From Chiloscyllium plagiosum (lineage: Eukaryota), in NCBI RefSeq assembly GCF_004010195.1, contig NC_057752.1, positions 948,523 to 968,522 of the forward strand: a stretch of 20,000 nt of DNA. Reading direction: 5' to 3'. This document shows positions 10,016 to 19,767 of the stretch, piece after piece. The translations under genes and the position numbers were made by a program. The notes under the pieces are model-generated. The model made no database searches, was not told the DNA's origin, and worked only from the letters and a program-made list of their open reading frames with translations. How positions within the stretch are numbered: the stretch's first letter is position 1; each line of letters starts with the position of its first letter.

Positions 10016-10968
10016 CTCAGGTTTTGCTTTGAGATCCATCTAAGGTTTTGGCAACATGTTGAGAAACTGAACCACAAATTCAGTCTGACAATTGCTCTCA
10101 ACAATTAAACATATCCTGTGACTCCATAAAATCCCACTCTGATGCAAGAGTAATGGAGCATCACCCATTTTAAGATTAAAATAACAAGTCTATTCATTTT
10201 ACCAAAGCTGAGTAAGCACAGCAGAAAAACATATAATTTACAGTTTACACCCTTCATCAAACTTCAATGGACAAACTAAAATTACAACTCCAAAAATTAC
10301 AAATGTCCAAATAACGTGCAATGCAATTTTCCTTGGACTTTCTGACCGTTGTGGGATTTTAAATAATCAAAATTGCTGGTTGAAAGTTTAAACTTGATGG
10401 GCTTCTTTTTCAGGTATTTTATGCTCGCCTGATCCTCCTTCTAAATCTTCAAAAAAGGGACCAGGAAACAGAATGGGACTTCTTGCATTAAGTAATGCTA
10501 TCCCGAAAGAACCATCGTGACAGCATTAGATTATTCATCTTGCCAATCTTTCAGCTTCACAATTTCACTTGTTCAAAGTAAACAAAACAAATCTGAACTG
10601 TAGCCAAGGTTTTAAACTGCTTCTATGCCTGGGATACAGGCTAGACATGAAAAGCAAGGAAAGAAAGTCAAATTTCTCTTACTGCCAGTAATAGCAGCAC
10701 TCACCTTTGGGGGGGGGGGGGGGGGGGGGGGAGGCACGCAAAGTGGGGAGCGAAGAGATGGCGAAAACGTGCAAAGCAGGGCAGGATTTGGAAGGTCTTG
10801 TTAAAGAAGGCACACCAAAGAGGGAGGCAGCTAGGCGAGAGCATGCCAGAGTGCGTACTAATGCTTCTCTGCAAAGTTCTGGAATAATTCCCCACACTGT
10901 ACCAGAGGCAGAGGGATATCCAACACAAACAAATCAGGGATATCTGAGGATACAGACGGTGAATTTAC

Positions 10969-11052
10969 CAGTCAACTCTTTCTTTTCCTGATCAGGAGCC
11001 ATGTTGATAGGAACCAGTCCCCACTCAGAGTTCTCTGCCGAAGCCACGTTCC
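10969..11052 (-). CDS. Candidate 84-nt internal exon of an unidentified host gene, phase 1/1: xNVASAENSEWGLVPINMAPDQEKKELT
   Basis: Acceptor ...ttttgtttgtatttcctacAG is preceded by an 83-nt AG-free, U-rich zone (11055-11137). Donor CTG|GTAAAT. Length is a multiple of 3 and only this frame is stop-free. Lies in a repeat-poor island. Confidence 0.6.
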
Positions 11053-12433
11053 CTGTAGGAAATACAAACAAAAAAAATCAAAATCGGACAAAAGAAACAA
11101 ACAAGCAACAGCAAATGGAAGAGAGTTGGAGTGTTTACTCAGCACAAACAGGTATTCAGCTCAAGCCAACATAGCAGGAAACAAAGTGCATTAACTACCA
11201 TGGAATGTTTCAGCACAGTGCCAAGGTTGGTCTCCAGTCCTTGCTGAGAAATCCACACAGTATTGTGCCTATTTGCCTGAGATAGAGAATATATTCTCTC
11301 CATAGGGAGTAACCAGTGTTTGAATTCTGCACATCATTGGACAGAGCCATGTTTGAGAGACCAAATATGAGTAGAGGTCCTGTGTGAGTTTAACAAGTCA
11401 GACCCGCAGAAAATACTATTAAGCTTCGATTTCATGAGTGTCTCAGACTCTAGACTGACATGCGAGGGACAGTGCAGTGCCCACTCTCTCCCATTGAACA
11501 TTCTTATCTGTACAGTACACAGCCAGCTTGCAGATGGTGTGATACTAAAGTGTTAATTTGCTCTGCTCACCTGCAAGAAATTGGATGCCCTGGGGGGGTA
11601 GGGTGGTGCATCTTTGTCTTAGAGGTGGAATGTGGGATGTTTCCATTCCCATCCCTTGCCATTCAGGGATGATTTACACTGTTTTCATCCCCTATTCAGA
11701 AATCAATAAGAACATTATAGTTGGAATTCTGACTACTCCCCTATAGTTACAAATAAAACTATAGTGACTGGGGATTGTCTTGTGGGCATTACTAACTGTG
11801 ATGTAAAGATTCTGTATAAAGGAAGGACTGTTTCCTTTGTTCATGGAGAGCTTTTGCCATGACCCCGTGAGCCCTGCGAGGTGTGTGTTAAAAGATTCCT
11901 CCAGAGAGACACCCCTGGACATGCTTTGTAAGCATGGCAAGGAGGGGTCGGAGTTTCACCGAAGCTTGTACTGTACTGTGCTTCATAAATTTTGCTTGTT
12001 CACAGAAGTTGGTGGGTTGCAGTTGCATCAAGTGTGTAAGAACTTCAGGAAAAAGAACTTAACAAGGGAGTCACACTATTCATGCAGACTCATACAATCA
12101 TAGAATTGTGCTCTCATCAGACGGAGGATATCCTTTTGGCTTCATTGGAATCTCTGGCAATAGCCTGAAGAAACTCGACCATAACCAAGAGCTGAATTTT
12201 GGGTGGCCCATTTTGGGATAATCATACACCTCGTAGCCGAGCCCAATCCACTGATCCTGCATCATCGTTTCAATAACCCAGGCTCCTGATCGATACCATC
12301 AAAATGTATTTCTGCAGATACTCCTGATTCCTGTTACATGGGTTTCCGTGCTACTTTCATGGCCTGCTTTCGCCCAACAGCTCTCCTTCTGTTTTCAGGG
12401 AAGCTTCAAAAGGCCCAGTTGAATAGATTAATG

Positions 12434-13118
12434 ACCAGAGTCTAGATTAGAGTGGTGTTGGAAAAGCACAGCAGTTCAGGCAGCATCTGAGGAGCAGTAA
12501 AATTGACGTTTTGGGCAAAAGCCCTTCATCAGGAATACAGGCAGAGAGCCTGAAGGGTGGAGAGATAAGTGAGAGGAGGGTGGGGGTGGGGAGAAAAAGT
12601 AGCATAGAGCACTGTCCCCATGACTTAGATTAGATTAGATTACATTACAATGTGGAAACAGGCCCTTCGGCCCAACAAGTCCACACCGACCCGCCGAAGC
12701 GCAACCCACCCATACCCCTACATTTACCCCTTACCTAACACTACGGGCAATTTAGCATGGCCAATTCACCTGACCCTGCACATCTTTGGACAGTGGGAGG
12801 AAACCGGAGCACCCGGAGGAAACCCACGCAGACACTGGGAGAACGTGCAAACTCCACACAGTCAGTCGCCTGAGGCAGGAATTGAACAAGAGTGCTAACC
12901 ACTGTGCCGCNNNNATTCTATGCTACTTTCTCCCCACCCCCACCCTCCTCTCATTTATCTCTCCACCCTTCAGACACTCTGCCTGTATTCCTGAAGAAAG
13001 GCTTTTGCCCAAAACGTTGATTTTACTGCTCCTTGGATGCTGCCTGAACTGCTGTGCTTTTCCAGCACCACTCTAATCTAGACTCTGGTTTCCAGCATCT
13101 GCAGTCATTGTTTTTACC
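12434..13118. mobile_element. Penelope-like hairpin insertion with about 175-bp inverted arms and a nested SINE
   Basis: Arms 12434-12608 and 12917-13089 are reverse complements, with an unpaired tail at 13090-13118. Perfect 14-bp TSD tagattaatgacca (12424-12437 / 13119-13132). Each arm has an HHR-like motif (12501-12536 minus, 12987-13022 plus). Confidence 0.88.
12625..12910 (-). mobile_element. HE1-like tRNA-derived V-SINE
   Basis: Minus strand shows a head gcggcacagtggttagcact..gttcaattcc, a V-domain ctgtgtggagtttgcacgttctcccagtgtctgcgtgggtttcctccgggtgctccggtttcctccca, a CR1-type tail gggccgaagggcc, and a (TCTAA)n end. A 4-N gap follows at 12911-12914. Confidence 0.9.
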
Positions 13119-13154
13119 TAGATTAATGACCAACGGACTCTTAACTTCTATAAT

Positions 13155-13320
13155 AAACACCTGAAGAACTGCAGATGCTGTAAATCAGAAACAAAAACAG
13201 ACATTGCTGGAAATGTTCAGCAGGTCTGCGGAAGGGTCACTGGATCCGAAATGTTAACTTTGATTTCTCTTCACAGAAGCTGCCAGAACTACTAAGCTTT
13301 TCCAGCAACTGGTATTTTTG
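13155..13320. mobile_element. Older Penelope-like hairpin fragment of another subfamily
   Basis: caaaaacagacattgctggaaa..cagcaggtctg (13192-13228) is inverted against cagaactactaagcttttccagcaa..tttttg (13284-13320). HHR-like ctgcgga-a-gggtc-actg-gatcc-gaaa at 13226-13251. Confidence 0.65.
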
Positions 13321-14056
13321 ACTCTTCTGTTTATTTATTTCAGACAAAGAAAGCTTTTTGTTACCATGCTCACTTCAGAGGCAGGGTTTGAACAGAAATA
13401 GATCAAAACATTGAGCAATTCAAATCATAAAATAAACAAAACATTCTGAAAGATGAAGGCAGGCATTTGCCTATGGCCAATGCACTCCCTGAGAAAGCTC
13501 AAACCCATTGTTCAGCCCTTTTACCATTGTCGCTGTGCACTCTCCATAAAAGTTTGTGCCACACACACCCTTTTGAAGTTACAACAGTGCAAATAATTCC
13601 TCCAAATCGCTCCAGTCATTCTTTGGATCAACTTGACCTTTCTAGTTACTGACAATAAATCGACAGGGAACACTTTTCCTAATTTACACACTCAAAACCT
13701 TTCAGAGTTTGAAAGGTTCCACCAGATCTCTCAAACCTATTAAAGGGCTGTGACTTCTCCAGCCACTTGTCCCTGCTAGCCTTGTGAATATTTTCTGGAC
13801 CATGTCAATGACCTGGAGATCCCTGCTAAAGTAAAGCAGCAAAATTAGGCTCAGTACTCGAACTGTGGCTGACCACAGATCTATACAGGTTGAGCACTGC
13901 ACATAGTTTTACAAAGAAAGACATGGAATGGAAAAACAAAGAAGCCTGTATATTATTTGTCAAATTGACCTCTTACTTATATAATTTGTGTATCCGAACC
14001 AAATGTCTGCTCTATGTGTTTTTACAATTTTATCATTTATTGTATATTCTCTTTCA

Positions 14057-14303
14057 CAGAATCATAGGAACCCCTACAGCGTAGGAGCAGGCATTTGGCC
14101 CATCAAATCCACACCAATCCTCCAAACAGCATCGCATCCTGACCCACCTACCCTACTCTAGCCCCATTACCCTGCATGGCCAACTACCTAACCTGTACAT
14201 CTTTGGACTATGGGAGGAAACCCACACAGACAGTCGCCAGAGGGTGGCATGGAGCCAGGGTCCCTGGCAGCAGTGCTAACCACTCTGAGCCAACATGCTG
14301 CCC
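14057..14303 (-). mobile_element. HE1-like V-SINE, internally deleted and diverged
   Basis: Homologous to 12625-12910 (catctttggac..tgggaggaaacc, cagtcgcc, agtgctaaccact). Confidence 0.85.
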
Positions 14304-14382
14304 AAAATGTGACTTCACATTTCCCCATGTTTAATTTATTCTGACATTTATCTGTCCAATCTACTAACTGCCTGAAGATCAC
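14304..14382 (-). mobile_element. Small CR1 ORF2 fragment
   Basis: Reads RQLVDWTDKCQNKLNMGKCEVTF, resembling the CR1 motif LxxWAxxWQMxFNxxKCEVxHF. Confidence 0.6.
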
Positions 14383-15871
14383 AGCTGCTGACCTTTCATG
14401 GCAGGTAGTGACACACAGTTTTCAATGCCATACAAACTCCAGTTCTCGTGCAGAATTCGGCAGTTTGACGTCTGGATTGTACTTGAACGAGGTGGTCTGC
14501 ACTAGAGTTGCTATGTTCACAAGGCTAAAACTACACCAGGGGTGGGGGAATCAGCTTTCAGATAAGTCGCTGCTGGTAAAGGCTTCACTGAAAAACCCCA
14601 AATCATCACTGAAAAATGTTAGTAACGTCTGCCTCCAGCTCTTGTGATCCAGCATTCATCAACCAGCTTCCCACCCCGCCAAACCTCCACTCCATGTGGC
14701 CACATGGATTTTCAAAGAATGCCCCAAAAGTTTTGACGTGAGCAGGGAGAGTCTGCAGGGGGCTTTTATTCCCCAACATTACTTACTTATCTGGTTAACC
14801 TGCTTTGGCAGCTCCCAAGGTACTGTTTGACACATGAAGTTGTTTGCTCTTCATGGAGGCATTTCAACAGTCTCATTTAAAGCTTTCTCTACCATAGGAC
14901 TGGTACAGAGAGCGCTGCTGGAGAGGCAGGCAACCTGCAGGGTGAGCAGTACAGCACAAGCACACAGCAGCATGATGCAAAAATCAAGGACTCTGAAAGG
15001 GGCCTGTCCATCGGTTTACAGATTCCACTTAAACCTCAAGAAACAGGAACAAAAAACTCAACGTTTCATTCAGCAAGTTAAAAATCTTCTCAAAATCAGC
15101 TACTTGCAGAGGGAAAATTGCTTCCCTTGCTCAAACTGTGCTCTGAACAGAGGGCTCATCTCCTCTCAAAAATAACAATGCCGGTTCATGCAATTTGAAA
15201 ATTAAAAGGGTACTTACTTTGTCCTTTAGAGCAGAAGGTTTACAACTTTCTATTGAGGGAAGAGCTAGAAAAGCAGACAAGCCCACCACGCTTTCAAATG
15301 GAGACTCGGTGAAAGGCTGCAACTTTTACAAAGTCACAAGACCAGCCTTACTCTCTCACTTGCTTCACCAATGGATTGTGGGGGTTGGAAGGCTAGCCTC
15401 TGCCCCTCCTACACTATCACTACTGCCAAGCATCCTTATCTTCAAACAGGCAACACATGACCCACACAAAATCCTTCACCTACTTTCAACATGACAAAAA
15501 GCAGCCCTGGAACCTGATGAGGGCTTCAGGTTCTGCTGTATTTACAAAGCAGGGTGGATCAGACTACTGTTGATGTCACAAACTGCACATGTACAATGGA
15601 TAAGCTTCCCCAGTTAAGATACGATCCTGATGCTTATAGCTTTCTCCAGTATTCTAGTGAGGCTATCAATTATTCAGTCCAGCATCCATAGTTTCCATTC
15701 TAGCTTTCTAACACACCCTTGCAAACATCCCCACCACCCTTGATGATGGGGAAAAACCCAGTACATCAGTACAAGAGATAAGGCTATGCAGCAATATTTA
15801 ACCGGATGTGGCGAGTGGATGACCCACCTTAGCCTCCTAAAGTGACTAGTAGTCAGTCTTCAGCCAATTTT

Positions 15872-16318
15872 AAAAATCACACAACACCAGGTTATAGTCC
15901 AACAGGTTTAATTGGAAGCACACTAGCTTTCGGAGTGACGCTCCTTCATCAGGTGATAGTGGAGGGCTCAATCCTAACACACAATGTATAGTAAAAATTT
16001 ACAGTGTGATGTGTGATGTAACTGAAATTATACATTGAAGAATTGATTGTCTGTTAAGCCTTTCATCTGTTGGAATACCGTGATAGTTTCACTTCTTTCA
16101 CGTGTAAATCACAAAACCTTTTTTTAAAAAGTTGCATTCTCAGGTTAGCTGTTAACAATGGTGATAGATAGACAATATGTTGAAGGTGTTGGCCCCCTGT
16201 GTTCTCTGTCTATGCCATGATGTTTAGATTGATTCTAATCTAAAAAGTGAGATAAAGGAGTTTTACATAAATTCATGCAGTTTTTGAGCAAAGTACAATG
16301 TAACCCTGCAAGTACAAA
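15872..16318 (-). mobile_element. Penelope-like 3' region (tail-less), nested in a LINE
   Basis: 15872-15935 is homologous to the arms at 2380-2440 and 3563-3616. 13-bp direct repeat ttcagccaatttt (15859-15871 / 16319-16331). Carries an intact HHR core. Confidence 0.85.
15921..15955 (-). ncRNA. Minimal type I hammerhead ribozyme
   Basis: Minus strand reads CAC-CUGAUGA-A-GGAG-CGUCA-CUCC-GAA-AGCU-A^GUG. It has a 3-bp stem I, the full conserved core, a 4-bp stem II, a palindromic AGCU in place of stem III, and the NUH triplet CUA. Confidence 0.8.
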
Positions 16319-17499
16319 TTCAGCCAATTTTGATTTGCTTCACATGATATCATGAAACAGTTGGAGGCGATCGATACTGCAAAGACTACAGGCCCTGACA
16401 ACAGCCTGGGAATAGGACTGAAGATGTGCAGAACTTGCCTCACCCCTAGACAAGGTGCTCCAAGATAGATCCAACATTTGACATCTATCCAACAATGTAG
16501 AAAATTGCCCAGGTATGCCCTGTACATAAGATGCAGGACAAATCCAACCTGGCCAATGCTGTATACTCAGTCAGTCCACTCTCAAATTATCCGTAAAGTG
16601 ATGGAAGTGATTGACAGTGCTATTGAACAGCACTTGTTTACTGCTCACCGACTGACTCATTGACTCTCGGTTTGGACTCCACCAGGGCCACTCATCTCCT
16701 GGCTTCATGACAGCATTCGTTCAGACATGGACAAAAGAGCTGAATTCCAGAGGCGAGAGGAGAGAGACTTGGCATCAAGGCTGCAATTGATGGAGGAGTG
16801 GGGCATCAAGGAGGTCTAGCAAAACTGGAGTCAGTAGGAATTTGGAAAAACTCTCTGGTTAGGTACAATTCCAACCTGCAAAGGGAAATGGCTGTTGGAG
16901 GTCAGTTATCTCAGCTCCAGGACATCATTGCAGGAGTTCCTCATAGTATCCTCAGCCCAGACATCTTCAGCTGCTTTACCAAGAACCTTCCCTCCAGAAG
17001 GTCAGCAGTGGGGATGTTTGCTGATGATTACACCATATTCAGCACCACTCCTCAGATACTGCACCAGTCCATGTCCAAATGCAGCAAAACCCAGATAATA
17101 ACCAGGCATGAGTAACAAGTAACATCTGCACCACAAGAGTGCTAGGCAATAACCATCGCCAGCAGGAGAGAATATCTAATCACTGCCTATTGACGGTCAT
17201 TCAATGGTATTACCATCACTGAATCTCCCACTATCTACATCCTGGATGTGACCATTGACCAGAAACAGAACTGGATGAGCCATATAAATATTGTGGCTGC
17301 AAGAGCAGGTCAAAGGCTAGGAATCCTGCAGCGAGTAACTCACCACCTGACTCCCCAAAGCCTGTCCACTATCTACATGCACGAGTCAGGAGTGTGCTGG
17401 AATACTCCCCAGTTGCCTGGATGGGTGCAGCTCCAACGACACTCAAGGAGCTTGACACCATCCAGGACAATACAGCCCACTTGATTGGCCCATCTATAA

Positions 17500-17872
17500 C
17501 CCAGGTTTGAATCCCAACATGGTAGATGGTGGAATTTGAATTCAAATTTAAAAAAAAAAGTCTGGGAATAAGAATCTATTGATGACCATGAAACCATTGT
17601 TAATTGTCAGAAAAATTCATCTGGTTCACCGATATCCTTCAGGGAAGGAAATCTGCCATCCGAACCTGGTCAGGCCTATATGTTACTCCAAACCCACAGC
17701 AATGTGGTTGACTCTCAACCGCCTTCTGAGATGGCTGAGCAAGCCATTCATTCAGCCATATCAATTGCTACTAAGTTTAAACAAAGAAACGGAACCAGGC
17801 AGACCACCTGGCATTGACCTGGAACCTGGATAAAACAACAGAACCAGCTGTGTAGACCCTGCAAAGTCCTCC
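17500..17872 (+). mobile_element. tRNA-like-headed repeat segment, probably the 5' end of the LINE family at 15722-17490 or its partner SINE
   Basis: B-box-like ggtttgaatccc at about 17504, followed by gatgaccatgaaaccattg..gggaaggaaatctgccatcc..cccacagcaatgtggttgactct. Family assignment is from memory. Confidence 0.5.
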
Positions 17873-18600
17873 ATTCTCATTATAGGCCAACCTGCAGCAC
17901 GTGGACTGCTGTGGTTCGGGCAGTGCTTCAGAAAGTCATGAACTCCTCACACATTGTTGAGAAGGGAGTTGGGTTGGAGGCCACATGGAAGGGGGATTTA
18001 AATAATTTGTTGTAGAGAAGCTGGGGGTGCGCGGCAGGGGCTGCATTCTAGGATGATGAGCAGTTTTCGCAGAGAGGAACTGGTATTTATAGTGAAGGAA
18101 TGCTCCAAAGTGCAAAGCAAATAAAATTCTCTGTAATAGTTCTGATCAGAAGTATGCTGTCTGATAGTAAGGAAGTTTGTTTTGACTGGTTTTGTACTTC
18201 AAAAGTACTTGACTAATTGTTAAGTACTTTGGGAAGGTCTGAAGCCGTTGCAGAAGTGCAATTTTTTAAAAAAAACTAATGGCAGGCCTCCTAATCAGGT
18301 CAGGTTAAGGATAACAAGGAGTTTAAAGCACCTTCAGCCAGAACTGTGCTCCCAGCCCTACTCTCAACTTGTAACAATATTGCAAGCTTGGAGTTTTGTT
18401 CTCTGCAACAAATGCACTGCAGGAAAAGAAACAAGCGACATGCAAGCATGTGAATTAGGGGGCTGAATGGCCTTCCCTCAAGCCTGCTCAGTCACTCGGA
18501 AATCATAGCTGATCCAATCGTCCCCTCAAATCCACCTTCCCACCTACCTACGGGCAACTTTTCAACCCCTTATCTGCCTTTAAAATATTCAAGGACTGAA

Positions 18601-18757
18601 TAGAATCATAGTCATAGAGATGTACAGCATGGAAACAGACCCTTTGGTCCAACCTGCCCATCCCGACCAGATATCCGAACCCAATCTAGTCCCACCTGCC
18701 AGCACCCGGCCCATATCCCTCCAAACCCTTCCTATTCATATATCCATCCAGATGCCT
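18601..18757 (-). mobile_element. CR1 3'UTR fragment
   Basis: Reverse complement ends gggtctgtttccatgctgtacatctctatgactatgattcta; homologous to 19030-19178. Confidence 0.85.
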
Positions 18758-19180
18758 CTGGGACTTTTTTCACTGGAGTGTAGGAGGTTGAGGTGTGACC
18801 TGAGAGAAGTTTATCTATACCTCTCATTATTTTATAAAGTTGATATAGTTGTCTTTCCCCCCCCCCCCCCCCCAAGATGGGTAATTACAAGACTGGGGAC
18901 ACATTGTTAAGGTGAGGAGAGATTTTAAAAAGATAGGAAGTAATTATTTGTTTTAAACACAGAGGATGGTTCGAGCGTGGAATGAAGTCCCTGAGGAAGT
19001 GGTGGATGCGGGTACAATTACGATGCTTAAAAGACATTTGGATGGATACATGAATAGGAAAGATTGGGAGGAACATGGGCCAGGAGCAGGTAGGTGGGAC
19101 TAGTGTAGTTTGGGATTATGTTCAGCATGAACTGGTTGGACTGAAGGGTCTGTTTCCATGCTGTATGACACTATGCTCTT
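18758..19180 (+). mobile_element. CR1 3' fragment (end of ORF2 plus 3'UTR)
   Basis: LGLFSLECRRLRCDLREVY matches the same motif in 8385-10015. Ends gaagggtctgtttccatgctgtatgacactatg. Contains a C17 run (18857-18873). Confidence 0.85.
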
Positions 19181-19767
19181 CCTTAAAAGGTGGTAGAAGT
19201 TAGAAGTTAGAGAGGTCCAAAGACCATCAACATTTTAAAAAATACCGACTGTGTTTTAAATGGGCAATCCTTGATTGTTAAGCAGTGACCATAGTTTAAG
19301 ATTCTCCAAGAGGAAACATCTTTTCCCTATCTACCCTGTCAAGTTCCCTCAGGATTTTGTGTGCTTTAATCAAGTCACCCTTTACTGTTGTAAACTCCAG
19401 TGACTACAAATCCAGCCTGTCCAACCTTTCCTAATGAGATAACCAAAACATTCCAGTCATTAGTTTTGTCAACCTTCCCTGAACAGCCTTCATTTCCATC
19501 CTTCCTTAAATAATCCTGTGTACAGTACTCCAGCTGCAGTCTCACCAGTGCCCTGTATAACTGAAGCACAATTTCCCTTCTTTCTCATACTCAATTCACC
19601 TCAAAAATTAAATAATGTTCTAATAGATTTCTTCATTCTTATTGTGCCTGCATACTAACTTTTTACAATTCATGCACAAGGACACCCAGATCCCTCTGCA
19701 ATCTCTCACCATGTGATGATATGGTTCTTTTTCATTCTAAATCTATTAGAATATTATTTAATTTTTG

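Larger units (their letters stand above)
15722..17490 (+). mobile_element. Decayed non-LTR retrotransposon, same family as 5490-6935, RT region
   Basis: QDIIAGVPHSILSPDIFSCFTKNLP..VGMFADDYTIF (GVP and FADD motifs), IIRKVMEVIDSAIEQHL and TIDQKQNWMSHINIVAARAGQRLGIL. Split by the PLE at 15872-16318. Confidence 0.9.
18465..19720 (-). mobile_element. Old CR1 3' fragment split by a nested CR1 pair
   Basis: Tail at 18465-18598. The body at about 19181-19720 reads MLQLYRALVRLQLEYCTQ (CR1 LYxxLVRPxLEYCVQ motif). Confidence 0.75.

Noticed and set aside
10709..10731. G23 run (and C17 at 18857-18873) as functional G-quadruplex or poly-Pro/Gly coding
   Set aside because: Homopolymer lengths are unreliable and such runs arise by slippage. 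The ORFs through them have no independent support.
10969..11052. Assigning the exon to a named gene (the KKELT end loosely recalls the KKDVTG segment of SH3PXD2A/Tks5)
   Set aside because: The resemblance covers only a few residues recalled from memory and cannot be supported without a search.
11911..11948. Small hairpin catgctt-tgt-aagcatg with outer acccct/aggggt
   Set aside because: Too short and too asymmetric for a pre-miRNA; no other support.
12098..12265. 55-aa minus-strand ORF (MMQDQWIGLGYEVYDYPK...) in unique, slightly CpG-rich DNA
   Set aside because: No recognisable homology and no convincing splice sites.
15510..15533. CTGATGA inside an 8-bp hairpin (gaacctga-tgagggct-tcaggttc)
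   Set aside because: No GAAA box or stem II in hammerhead arrangement, and a short hairpin like this is expected by chance.
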